The translations under genes were made by a program, and so were the position numbers. 64,000 bases of DNA from Octopus sinensis (taxonomy: Eukaryota). The stretch spans positions 42,966,001 through 43,030,000 of the forward strand of contig NC_043006.1 of assembly GCF_006345805.1 (NCBI RefSeq). Direction: 5' to 3'. Below are positions 36,668 to 49,300 of the stretch, piece after piece. The first letter of the stretch is position 1, and every line of letters starts with the position of its first letter. A model generated the notes under the pieces. It did no database searches, was not told where the DNA came from, and saw nothing but the letters and a program-made list of their open reading frames with translations.

Positions 36668-37699
36668 CACACACATATATATATATACGTATATATATAT
36701 ACATATATATAAAAGACACTTGCCGAAGCTGCTGCACTGTAGGACTGAACATTTATTTCCTTTCCAACAGTGTATATAGAATTTCATTACAAACAACATG
36801 GACCATATTTCTTCTTAAGAAAAAATATGTTTTCATATAAATTAAACATTATATCATGAATAGCGATTGCAAAACCGGTCAATACATTAAAAATTATACT
36901 ATAACAATGTAAGTGTGCGTATTTTCCTTTTTTAATTTCTTATATATATATATGCACATACATACACAGGGTGTTCAAATAGTCTCTCTGCAGGGAATTT
37001 TTTTATCCTGACTCTCCAAGAGTCAGAGTCTCAATTTCCATATTTAAAATGAAGGACGACATTTTAATCACCTCTTATAAAAAATTTTAAGACAATAAGA
37101 TAAATAAAACATCCAAACTGAAAAATTGGACCATATTTGGAGTATTTTGATCTGAATTGATTTATAGAAGAAAGAGAATTCTTTAACATTAAATTCTATA
37201 TACACTGTTGGAGAGGAAATAAATGTTCAGTCCTACAGTGCAGCAGCTTCGGCAAGTGTCTTTCATTCTAGCTTTGGGATGGTCAATGTTGTGTGAGGAA
37301 ATTTGGTCAAGAGAAACTGTGTGAAAATCTGTTATGTATACGTGTGTGTGAGTGTGAGTACTGGGGTTAATTGGTTCACTAAATTCAAGTTGGTGCCCAA
37401 GCATGGTTGCAGTCTGCGAGTGTGTGTGTGTTTGTGTTTGTCTCCCATCCCCTGCTCGACAACTGGTGTCGGTTTGTTTACATCCCCTATAAATCTAGTG
37501 CTTCAGCAAAAGATATTGATAAAATAAGTGCCAGACTTCAAAAGAGCAAAGACAAAAAAAAAGGAAAATGTACTGGGGTCAATCTGTTTACCTAAATTCT
37601 TATGGCACTGGTGCTCCAGTATGGTCGTTGTCCAATGACTAAAACAAATAAAAGATAACATATACTGAAAGTGACATGACAGTCCATTGATCCTTTCTA

Positions 37700-38925
37700 T
37701 AGGAAGCATGAGACCTCAAATTTTTTTGGGGATGGATTAAATCAATTACATCGACCCCAGTATGTAACTGGTACTAATTTTATTGACTCTGAAAACATGA
37801 AAGGCAAAGTTGACCTCAGTGGAATTCAAACTCAAAACCTAACAGCAGACGAAATACCCCTAAGCATTTCACCTGGTGTGCTAATGATTCTTATTTCTTA
37901 ACTGCCCACAATGGGCTAAACATAGAGGGGACAAACAAGGAAAGACAAAGGGATTAAGTTGATTACATCGACCCCAGTGCATAACAGGTACGTATTTAAT
38001 CGACCCTGAAAGGATGAAAGGCAAAGTCGACCTTGGCAGAATTTGAACACAGAACATAATGGTAGACGAAATGCCGCTAAGCATTTCATCTGATGTGCTA
38101 AAGTTTCTTATTTCTTTACTGCCCACAAGGGGCTAAACATAAAGGGGCAAGCAAGGACAGACAAAGGGATTAAGTTGATTACATCGACCCAAGTGCGTAA
38201 CTGGTACTTAATTTATTGACCCCAAAAGGATGAAAGGCAAAGTTGACCTTGACAGAATTTGAACTCAGAACATAAAAACAGACGAAATCCTGCTAAGCAT
38301 TTCGCCTGGCATGCTTAACATTTCTGCCTGCTCACCGCCTTTAGCAGTCCATTAATAGTGGCAGAGGCCAGGCAGCTGTCTCATAATCTATTGGCTGATG
38401 CAAGGTGGCAAGCTGGCAAAAATGTTAGCACGCCAAGTAAAATGCTTAGCGGTATTCCGTCTGTCATTAAGTTCTGAGTTCAAATTCTGCCGAGGTCAAC
38501 TTTACATTTTATCGTTTCAGGGTCGCTAAATTAAGTACCAGTTGCATACCGGGATCGATCTAATCAACTGGCCACCCCACCAAAAAAAATTTCAGGCCTT
38601 GTGCCTAGAGTAGAAAAGACTCGAGTTCTACAGAGTTACTTTCCTTGTACAAAAGACATGGAAAGACATCATAAAAAATCTTCCATTAACATTATATAAT
38701 TGTTAAGGCGGCAAGCTGGCAGAAATGTTAGCATGCCGGGCAAAATGTTAAGCGGTATTTTGTTTGTCTTTACATTTTGAGTTCAAATTCAGCCGAGGTC
38801 AACTTTGCATTTTATCCTTTCGGGGTCACTAAATTAAGTACCAGTTGCATACTGAGTTTGATCTAATTGACTGGCCCCCTTTCCCAAAATTTCAGGCCTT
38901 TTGCCTAGAGTAGAAAAGAATATTT
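37700..38925. mobile_element. Cluster of five SINE family 2 copies (three minus, then two plus)
   Basis: ACATCGACCCCAG..ACTGGTAC..GAAAGGCAAAGT at about 37750, 37970 and 38185 (minus); GGCAAGCTGGCA..GAGTTCAAATTC at 38407 and 38710 (plus). Confidence 0.85.
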
Positions 38926-39232
38926 ATTGGCTGATATTTTTCTTAAATAGTAAAATAGGAAACTCAGATGGTAAGTTTTTGAAAAGTTATTAAGTAGTTA
39001 TTGATTGGTTGGAGCCATTGATGTTACTATAATGCTGTGATTGATTTGGGAAATCTTCAGGTGCAGGCATGGCTGTGTGGTAAGAAATTTGCTTCCCAAC
39101 CACATGGTTGTGGGTTCTGTCCCATTGTCATTGTGTAGCATCTTAGACAAGTGTCCAAGTGTCTACTATAGCCTCAGACTGAACAAAGCATTGTGAGTGG
39201 ATTTGGTATATAGAAACTGAAAGAAGCTCTTC

Positions 39233-39277
<45 letters not shown>

Positions 39278-40949
39278 CTTCTGCAATGTAACTACTTATG
39301 TGCTGTTGGTGACTTCTTTTCCTTCTTTAGACTTTTCCCTTTCTTCTTTCCAACAAAGAGCTATGCTCAAAATGTCGCACTCTCTCTTTTTATCAAGATA
39401 ATACATTTCTCGTGCACATCTTCTTGCTGTCCGTTAATTTTATTCAATTATACGAATTAACTGTGTGTGTGTGTGGTAAACAACAGTATACTTTTAGATG
39501 GCCATACATTCAATGTGGGTGCATTATGCAGTTGTGCTGCACCAAAAATTCATGAAGCAATTAAATGTTTGTCTAGGTCACGACTGACTGTATCAGTACA
39601 TGACAAGAATATAATTTAATATGGCCAACAATCCTTGACTTTTTAGGTTATCAGTGAATGGCTTATTTAATGCATGATCATTTCTCATATTACATGAAAT
39701 ATCTTATTAGTGATAATATACACATATATATTTTATATTCATTAATGTCACCTTTCAATAATAGTATCATTATGTATGAAACCTATATGTATCTGAAGTT
39801 GCTGTCTTATACTATAGAAACAAATGAAATAGCACAAGACTGCCTAGTGTCAGAGAGGAGATTATGATACCATGGTTTCATTTAGTTTCCTTTATGTCAG
39901 CAGCTACCAACCCATTACAGAAGCCTGATTACATAGGTCAAATATAGTAAGGGTTCCAGAAAGTTCTTCTAATGCAATTATAATCAGTAAAAAAAATATG
40001 ACCAAAAAAATAATGAGAAACGACTTTTATTTCAGAAAGGAACTAATTACTTAGGATATTTGATAAAACAGAACCGTTTTTAAGAAAGTGACTGGCACCC
40101 ATGCTGGTGGCATGTAATAAGCACCATTCAAGCTTGGGTCAGTGCCAGTCCTGCCCGACTGGATCTCTGTGCCAGTAGCATATAAAAAGCACTATACGAG
40201 TATAGTCCGATGCCAGTACCGCCTGACTGGTCCCATGCCAGTGGCATGTAAAAAGCACCTTGTGAATGTGGTTGCTGCCAGTGCCACCTGACTGGCTCCA
40301 GTGCTGGTGGCATGTGAAAAGCACTCAACTGTAGAAAAAGCTTGCCAGATCAGATTGGAGCCTGGTGCAGCCTACTGGCTTGCTGGTCCCCAGTCAAAAC
40401 ATCCAACCTATGCCAGCATGGAAAAGGGACGTTAAACGATGATGATGATGTTCTGAAGGAGCGGCCTCATATACCTTTATGTCTTGAAGCCTGTCGATAG
40501 TGAGTTTATAAATACTAAGTTATTCATTAGCAAATGGAGTGAATATTGCCTTGTTTTGAAACAAGTGAAGGTTGGCAACTGGAAAGGCATCTGGCTGTAA
40601 AAAATCAATCACAATAAATTCTGCCTGACCCTGCAAGCATGGAAAATTGGATTCTAAAATGTTGATGATGATATACATGTATGTGTATGCTTAACGTCCA
40701 TATTCTGTGCTGGCATGGGTTGGACGGTTTGACAGGAGCTGGCATGCTGGGGAACTGCAGCATGATGCATTGTCTGCTTTGATATTGTTTCTATGGCTGG
40801 ATACCCATTCTAATGCTAATCACTTTAGAGAGTGTGCTGGGTGCTTTGCATGTGGCACCAGCACTGGTGCTTTTTATGTGGCACCAACACCAGAAGAGTT
40901 GCCAAGTAACTTGTGAGATGAAGACATTGCATCTGGGATATATATATAT

Positions 40950-41318
40950 CATCATCATCATCATTTAACGTCCGCTTTCCATGCTAGCATGGGTTGGACG
41001 GTTCAACTGGGGTCTGTGAAGCCAGAAGACTGCATCAGGCCCAGTCTGATCTGGCAGTGTTTCTATGGCTGGATGCCCTTCCTAACGCCAACCACTCCGT
41101 GAGTGTAGTGGGTGCTTTTTACGTGCCACCCGCACAGGTGCCAGACGGAGCTGGCAAACGGCCACGGACGGATGGTGCTTTTTACGTGCCACCGGCACGG
41201 GGCCAGGCGAGGCTGGCAATGGCCACGAACGGATGGTGCTTTTTATGTGCCACCGGCACGAGGTCAGTCAGGGCGGCGCTGGCAACGGCCACGAACGGAT
41301 GGTGCTTTTTACGTGCCA
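40950..41318 (-). mobile_element. RTE LINE 3'-end fragment with about 3 minisatellite units
   Basis: Nearly identical to 20176-20480; other RTE ends lie at about 40090-40450 (+) and 40690-40910 (-). Confidence 0.9.
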
Positions 41319-41569
41319 TATATATTTGGTTAATGAGAGAGATGGAAGATGGAAGATGCAAAAATTTTTATTAATCATGACAATTGCTTTGACCCATCTA
41401 GGATCGATCCTTCATGGGTGGGGTACTTAACAACTGGTTCAGGAGCATCTGACGTTGTAGCTACGATAATGGTGATATAGCTAACACAGTAATAGCATCA
41501 GAAAGTCAGAACTGCCGTATATACAACTAAATATAATAAATGCTCATGCAGAGAAAAATCAAGGTGTCC

Positions 41570-41850
41570 ATTGATGAACCTCTGTACAAATACAAATCTT
41601 GTATATAAATGTACTGTACATACAAGGGGAGGACCATATGTTTACACTGGGGCAACTGTTGATTCATTCAAGAATTGTTATCGCAGCCATGTCACCAGCT
41701 TCAAGAAAATCAACAAGAAACATTCAACATCTTTGGTTAATTTTGTGTGGTGACTTAAGGAAGATAAAATCAAGTATAACATAACTTGGTCCATAGTTAA
41801 GTATCCAAAACCATATGATATCAATTCCAGATGCCAACTCTGCTCGAGGA
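41570..41850 (+). pseudogene. PLE GIY-YIG endonuclease fragment
   Basis: NLVYKCTVHTRGGPYVYTGATVDSFKNCYRSHVTSFK..STSLVNFVW*LKEDKIKYNITWSIVKYPKPYDINSRCQLC. Confidence 0.85.
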
Positions 41851-42539
41851 ATCTCTGTCTTTTCTGTGGATCAATGAGAAGATCATTAACAGAATTTCTG
41901 AAAGATTCTCATGATGTATACATACATATAAATGCTCTTCCATACAATGCAGTGGGAATGAATTTCAGTCACTATTAACCTAATTAACTATCATAATTCC
42001 CCTTAAGGTATGGATGAATTAAATTTAGCTCTAATTTCTCCATTCTTATAAACACCAAGTAGCTATTTAATTTGCTATGTGAACGTATTTGCACCAAACC
42101 ACGCATGTGCATATGCTTACATCTTCATGGAAATTTGTATGAATGAGTCTACATGTGCCATGCAACCTATGCTAGGGTGTTTATACACACCATATTTGTT
42201 AACAGTCATATTTTTATACTTCTTTCACTGTATTGTGTGTTCATTTTTTTTTTATTGCATCTGTTATTTTTTATTAGTGATACACAAACATCTGATCACT
42301 ATAAACAAATCAAGTGTGTCGTTGATCGGCAAGAAATTGCTGCACCCTTATACATCATCTAACAATGGGAGAGTCCATAATACATATGCACAGACATATA
42401 TTTAAATATTGATAAGGTCACAACACTGACTGTATGTTCTTCAAGTTGGTGACAGGAATTCAAATGTCTGCAAAGTGCTAACAATGGTGTAATGAATACC
42501 AGCAGCTGCTCTCACTGAAAACAGACTCAAATATATTTG

Positions 42540-42925
42540 TTAATATATTCATGCTAATTTGTGTGTGCGTGTGTATGTGTGTGTAATATGTTTACGCTAA
42601 TTTATTTTTCTCTGGATGTGTGTGTGTGTGTGTGTGTGTAATATGTTTACGCTAATTTATTTTTCTCTGGGTATGTGTGTGCGTGTAATATGTTTACGTT
42701 AATTTATTTTTCTCTGGGTATGTGTGTGTGTATGTGTGCGTGTATGTGTGTGTGTAATATGTTTACGCTAATTTATTTTACTCTGTGTGTGTGTGTAATA
42801 TGTTTACACTAATTTATTTTTCTGTATGTGTGTGTGTGTATTTGGGTGTGTGTGCATGTGTGTGTGTGTGTGGGTGTGTGGGGTGTATGTGGGTGTGTGT
42901 GTAATATGTTTATGCTAATTTGTTT
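42540..42925. repeat. Minisatellite: ~33-bp core separated by variable (TG)n
   Basis: Core GTAATATGTTTACGCTAATTTATTTTTCTCTGG recurs about 7 times, with truncated first and last units. Confidence 0.9.
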
Positions 42926-44002
42926 GTGTGTGTGTATGTGTTTGTGCACATACACTTTTAGATATATTTGTTGATTGAAGCAATTAAAATTAAATACTTA
43001 AGATAAGCTTTTTTGTGTGATTACACAGGATTTGGGTTGATAAAACAGGAGTAATTACACCAACACCAATAATAGTTACAATAACGACATCAATAACAAC
43101 ATCAAAAGAAAAAATACTGAGGTGACACTTTCTAGGAACAGCAAACACATTTTTTTTTATGGAAACAGAAATCTCTTACCTTATGTTTTTATGGCTTTAT
43201 CTGATATTTTAATTAAATATCCTTTCCTCTCTTAAAAAACCCCTTTTGTTCTGAAAATATTAAGCGGCGTATACCCCAGTCAAATGAACATAAGCTGCTT
43301 AAGACATACAACGTAAAACTTGCATTCCTTGTCTTGGGAATAATGTAAGCAAAATGGCTACATAGAATTAATCCAGAAATATTTCTACCACCACTTGTTC
43401 TAAAAAATGCATTGAAGAAAATATTTTGAACATTGCAATCTGAACAATAGTGATTTGTGAGTCTTCTACTGCAACAACCTCGTTTTGCTACATGTGTAAA
43501 AATTTATTCAGTAAAACTTTTTGATATGAATATTTTTTTTATTATATGGAAACTTTTTTTCTGTAAGAAAACTTTTCAGTAATATGTGACTCTCTTCTCT
43601 TTTTTTTTTTCTTAACCTTTTTTCTGTGTGTGTGTAAAACACAGCTTGTGAAAACATACACAAATATTTCTACTGTAAAACTGTTATATGAAAGTATTTG
43701 TAATGTGTAAACATAATTTCCTATTTTTTTGGTTTTTATATATACAGATATATAATAGAACTATTTACCTGATATGTTAAAACATTTAACTCGTTTTATT
43801 CAAAGCATTTGTATAAAAAAAAAAAATTTAATGCATTTTCAATCATTTCATATCATTTTCCCAACATGAACACACACACACGCGCGCGAATGTACATGTG
43901 TATGTGTATACATATGCATATATATGCATATATATATATATACATATATTTATATACATATATATACGTACATACATATATATATACACACATATATATA
44001 GG

Positions 44003-44042
<40 letters not shown>

Positions 44043-44082
44043 CATACATACATATATACATACATATATATATATATATAGG

Positions 44083-44132
<50 letters not shown>

Positions 44133-44135
44133 GGC

Positions 44136-44169
<34 letters not shown>

Positions 44170-44176
44170 ATATAGG

Positions 44177-44221
<45 letters not shown>

Positions 44222-44284
44222 GTGTGTATATATATATATTGGTATATATGATATCTATTCTAAATATATTTTCGGATAGTGAAA

Positions 44285-44590
44285 TAAGATCAAAGGATTC
44301 ACAATCAATGAAAGGAATATAAACAATATAAGCAATGCTGATGACACAGCATTATCAGCAGACACACTCAAGAATCACTCAAGAAACAGTTGAGTGTGTA
44401 AAGGGGAAAAAGTGAGAGGAAAGCTGCGAATATTGAAGTGAGAAAAGACAAAGGCAATGGTTATTAGGGAGACAGAACAGAAGGAAGCAAATATGTGTGA
44501 AGGCAGATGGACGGAAACTTGAAGTGAAATATCTTGAAGTACTTTGGACAAATAGTAAATCAGGAAAAGTGATGTGAAGAAGAAGTTACT
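44285..44590 (+). pseudogene. Old RTE/BovB-like RT fragment
   Basis: [26 protein letters not shown] (compare GIKI.GRNINNLRYADDT.L.A), followed by K.KAMVI and KYFG remnants. Confidence 0.7.
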
Positions 44591-44599
44591 CTAAAAAAC

Positions 44600-45000
44600 A
44601 TCATCATCATCATCATTGTTATATCTGTTGTCCATGCTGGCATGGGTTGGACGATTTGACTAGGCTGGCATGCTGGAAGGCTGCACCAGACTCCTGTCTG
44701 ATTTGGCATGGCTTTGTATGTTTGGACACCCTTCCTAACACCAACCACTCTGAGAGTGTAATGGGTGCTTTTACATGCCACCAGCACGGGTGCCATTTGT
44801 GTGACACCGGTATCTGTCATGACTGTGATTTTGCTCGGTTTGATGGGTCTTCTTCCCAAGCATGACATAATGCCAAAGGTCTTGGTCATTGCCTCTGTGA
44901 GGCCCAACACTGAAAGGAACTTGGCCACTTTGCCTCCATGATGCCCAATGCTTGAAAGGAACTCAGCCACCTTGCGTCCGTGAGGCCCAACATTTATGAG
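44600..45000 (-). mobile_element. RTE 3'-end fragment of another subfamily, with a ~41-bp tandem repeat
   Basis: (ATC)n tail, CCATGCTGGCATGGGTTGGACG terminus; about 2.5 units of GCCTCTGTGAGGCCCAACACTGAAAGGAACTTGGCCACTTT at 44891-44993. Confidence 0.75.
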
Positions 45001-45079
45001 AATAAAAATGACCTTCACCTCAAAAGAAATATACTGCATCTGAAACTGAAGGTATTATCTGTGGTCAATCGTCCCAACT

Positions 45080-45365
45080 ATGAGTGTTCATGGCTTTGGC
45101 ATGACTTGATAAGCTTCCGCCATGCTTAAGTTTGCCATTTATTTTGATCAATTCCATTCCACTTCATGTTCTTTTTGCAGTATCTTTAAATCTCAGTCTA
45201 GGTCTTCCATGGTTTCTTTCCTCTTTGCTTGGAGAAAATGAGTTGTCTGAGGAATCTGCTATTGTCCATCCTGTGTACGTGTCCCAATTGACATAAATTT
45301 CTATCAATGAGGATTTCTATTGTAGGAGGCAAGCCATTGCACCATAGGATCTCATTCCTGATCTA
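45080..45365 (-). pseudogene. Old RTE ORF C-terminal fragment
   Basis: RNEILWCNGLPPTIEILI..LGHVHRMDNSRFLRQL..KKNMKWNGIDQNKWQ..WRKLIK, matching the RTE C-terminal LRW.GHV.RM...R.PKQ..ID...W...A.DR..WR pattern. Confidence 0.65.
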
Positions 45366-45469
45366 GTCAAAGAATGATATTCATAAGAGAGGCTAGTAAA
45401 CTGTTAATTGTTCTCTATTGGGCAAAAGCTCAGACAATGTACAGGAGTGGTTGTGTGGTAAGTAGCCAG

Positions 45470-45632
45470 GCGCAGGAGTGGCTGTGTGGTAAGTAGCTTG
45501 CTTACCAACTACATGGTTCCGGGTTCAGTCCCACTGTGTGGCACCTTGAGCAAGTGTCTTCTACTATAGCCTCAAGCTGACCAAAGCCTTGTGAGTGGAT
45601 TTGGTAAGACAGAAACTGAAAGAAGCCCATTG

Positions 45633-45679
<47 letters not shown>

Positions 45680-45780
45680 TTGTGTGTCTATGTTTGTCCC
45701 CCCAGCATCGCTGGTGTGTTTATGTCCCTGTCACTTAGCAGTTCAGCAAGAGAGACTGATAGAATAAGTACTAAGAATAA
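45470..45780 (+). mobile_element. SINE family 1 with a duplicated head start
   Basis: AGGCGCAGGAGTGGCTGTGTGGTAAGTAGC immediately preceded by ACAGGAGTGGTTGTGTGGTAAGTAGC. Confidence 0.85.
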
Positions 45781-46349
45781 GTTGTAAGACGCTTATCATG
45801 AATGATCAAGTTCACAAAGTTATCATATTTTGGGCATTCAATGCATCATGAGTCACTGCCCGAGACCTTCCTGACAGGAAGTCTTGTAGGGATGAGATCA
45901 AGAGGTTGTCAATGATGTTTGTGGACTGACAACATTAAAGAATGGGCTGAAACAAGAGCTTGATGTAAAAATTGCAATGCAGCTCAAAGGAAAATCAAAA
46001 CCCTTTGCAAGCTAATCTCTGGACAAAGATAGGGCACCTGGCTAATGATATATATATATATATAAATTAGAAAAAAAACACCTTTCATCAATTCAATAAT
46101 AAAAAATTAAATTATGCCATCTAGAAAATATACGATAAAACATATAACGATGATTAAGTAATGTGAAAAATAATTTTCTAATTTATATATATATATTATA
46201 TTTTGTGAAATTTGATTTAGTTTTTCTATATTGAATTTTTCCCTGTAAGTTTGGAATAATATTCCCTCATATTATTATAAATATATATATATATATAAAA
46301 ACATGTTAGTGCAGTGTAACAGGTTGAACTTAAGTTCATTGCTTTGCTT

Positions 46350-49300
46350 ATGAATTCTGCCAAATGCGAGTTTTCTTCTTCCTTTCAGGTACATGACGGC
46401 ACTGCTCCCCGTCCCTGGGCCTCTCGGGTCAATACCTTCCACCCCCTCAGGGTGGGCACCCTCAACGCTGGCACACTGAAAGGTAGGTCTGGCGAGATAG
46501 TCGAGATGCTTGAATGGAGACGTGTTGATGTATGTTGTATGCAAGAAATAAGGTGGAGAGGAGGATCTGCTAGGTTCCTCACAGGCAAGGAACACAGGTA
46601 CAAGATTTTCTGGGCAGGGAACACTGACGGGGTTGGTGGCATGGGTATACTTATCGCTGAGAAATGGATAGATAGAGTAATTGAGGTAATCAGAGTAAGT
46701 GACAGAATACTTAAGATTAGAATAGTGCTTCATAATAGATTAGCAACCATTATATCGGCCTATGCCCCTCAGCCAGGGCTACCCGATGGACAGAAAGACA
46801 GTTTCTATGACACCCTACTGCAGACCACCTCATTGACGAACGACAGGGACTTTCTCTTTGTGGCTGGTGATTTCAATGGGCATGTTGGACGACATGCTGG
46901 GGGCTTCCATGGCGTGCATGGAGGCTACGGCTATGGCTCCCGCAACGAGGAGGGAACCAGGCTGCTGGAGTTCTGCGATGCGAATAGTCTTATGATCTGC
47001 AACACTAACTTCAGGAAACCAACAAGCCACCTGGTCACCTACCGATCGGGCCGGCATACTAGCCAAATCGACTACATCCTTGCCAGAAAAAGGGAAAGAT
47101 GGCTGCTTATAAATGCCAAAACCTTCCCAGGCGAAGAATGCACCCCACAACATAGACTGGTAGTTAGTGACTTTAGGATCAGGACTAAGAGGGCCACTAG
47201 AAGACGACCAACATGGAGAAGAAGGGTCTGGAAGCTTAAAGACCCTGCGAATGGACAGAGATTTAGAGATATGTTACTTGAAGCCTTTGACGAAGTGGAA
47301 GGGGGTATAGCTACACATGGGGTAGAAGACAACTGGACGTTTCTGAGGGACAACCTGCTGAAAGCCACTGACCAGATCTGTGGCTGGTGCAAAGTCCCCT
47401 TAAGACCCAAAATAACGTGGTGGTGGAACAATATTGTTGACAGGGCTATTAGACAAAAGAAACAGGCTTGGAAGGCCTGGAAGAACGGTGGTAGCAGGGA
47501 AGTGTATCAGACTGCCAGAAGGGAAGCTAGGAGACAGGTCTATCTAGCCAGAGGGGAAGCAGATAAAAGAAAATTTGCCAATGTCCTGCGCCGTGAGGAT
47601 GAAAGACTTGAGGTATTTCGTGTTGCAAGACAGTGTGTGGGAGAGAATCATGATGTGGTAGGAGAGAAATGTGTTCACATGGAGGATGGTTCACTTGCGC
47701 TAAATGAGGATGCAAAGAGAGAAGCTTGGAGACGCCACTATGAAAGGTTGCTGAATGAGGAAAATGAATGGGATAAAGAGAGTCTGCCGAATGTTGACCC
47801 AACAGAGGGACCAGCTATCCGAGTTGATAGTTCCGTGGTAGCTAAGGCAATTAGAAGCATGAAGACAGGGAAAGCCCCAGGCCCATCAGAAATTACTGCA
47901 GAGATGCTCAAAATATCTGGTAGTGTCGGCTATAGCATAGTCACCCGTATAGTTAACCAGGTGATACACGAAGGAGTCATACCCAATGACTGGTGTAGCA
48001 GCATAATAGTCAACTGCTACAAAGGTAAAGGCGATGCCCTAGATACAAATAACTACAGGGGCATCAAACTGTTGGATCAGGTAATGAAGGTTACGGAGAG
48101 GGTTATAGCCCAGTTAATTAGAGAGAGAGTTAGCTTAGATGATATGCAGTTTGGGTTCGTGCCAGGGAAAAGTACTACTGATGCTATATTCCTGGTAAGA
48201 CAGCTGCAGGAGAAATACCTAGCCAAAGGTAAGCCCTTGTACCTGGCTTTTGTTGACTTAGAGAAAGCCTTTGACAACAGGTCCCCCGATCCCTTATCTG
48301 GTGGTCAATGAGGAAACTAGGGATAGATGAATGGTTAGTGAGAGCTGTGCGAGCCATGTACAGAGACGCAGCTAGTAAGGTGAGGGTTGGCAACGAGTAC
48401 AGTGAAGAATTCCGGGTAGAGGTTGGGGTCCACCAAGGTTCAGTCCTCAGCCCCCTCCTATTTATCATAGTCCTCCAGGCAATAACGGAAGAATTTAACA
48501 GGATGCCCCTGGGAGCTCCTATATGCTGATGACCTTGCTCTAATTGCTGAGTCACTATCAGAACTGGAGGAGAAGTTTCAGGTGTGGAAACAAGGATTAG
48601 AATCGAAGGGCCTTAGAATCAACCTAGCCAAAACCAAAGTCCTAATAAGTAGGAAGGTGGACCAACCACAAACGACTTCAGGTAGATGGCCCTGCTCGAT
48701 CTGTAGAAAAGGTGTAGGTAGAAACTCTATAAGGTGCACCAAGTGTAAGCTATGGACACATAAGAGGTGCAGCAATGTCAAAGGTAGGCTAACTGGGAAG
48801 ATAGTTTTCGTATGTGGCAGATGCTCAGGAGAAATAAACACTGGAAATGTGCAGAGACCAACTTCTACCACGTTCCAGGGAGACAAACTAGAAGTAGTTG
48901 ATAGCTTCCGCTACCTTGGAGACCAAGTTAGTAGCGGGGGTGGGTGTGCTGAAAGTGTAACTGCTAGAGTAAGAATAGCCTGGGCAAAGTTTAGAGAGCT
49001 CTTACCCCTGCTGGTGACAAAAGGCCTCTCGCTCAGAGTAAAAGGCAGACTTTATGATGCATGTGTACGTACAGCCATGCTACATGGTAGTGAAACATGG
49101 GCCGTGACTGCTGAGGATATGCGTAAGCTCGCAGAAATGAAGCCAGTATGCTCCGATGGATGTGTAATGTCAGTGTTCATAATCGTCAGAGTGTAAGTAC
49201 CTTGAGAGAAAAGTTGAACCTAAGAAGCGTCAGTTGTGGTGTGCAAGAGAGACGGCTGCGCTGGTATGGTCATATGACGAGAATGGCTGAAGATAGTTGT

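Noticed and set aside
42540-42925. CRISPR-like repeat/spacer appearance
   Set aside because: Spacers are TG microsatellite, the context is eukaryotic, and there are no cas genes.
49105-49150. CTGAGGA...GAAA hammerhead-like match inside the RTE ORF
   Set aside because: Coding sequence; the GAAA adjacency arises from the -1 indel, and there is no stem III or NUH.
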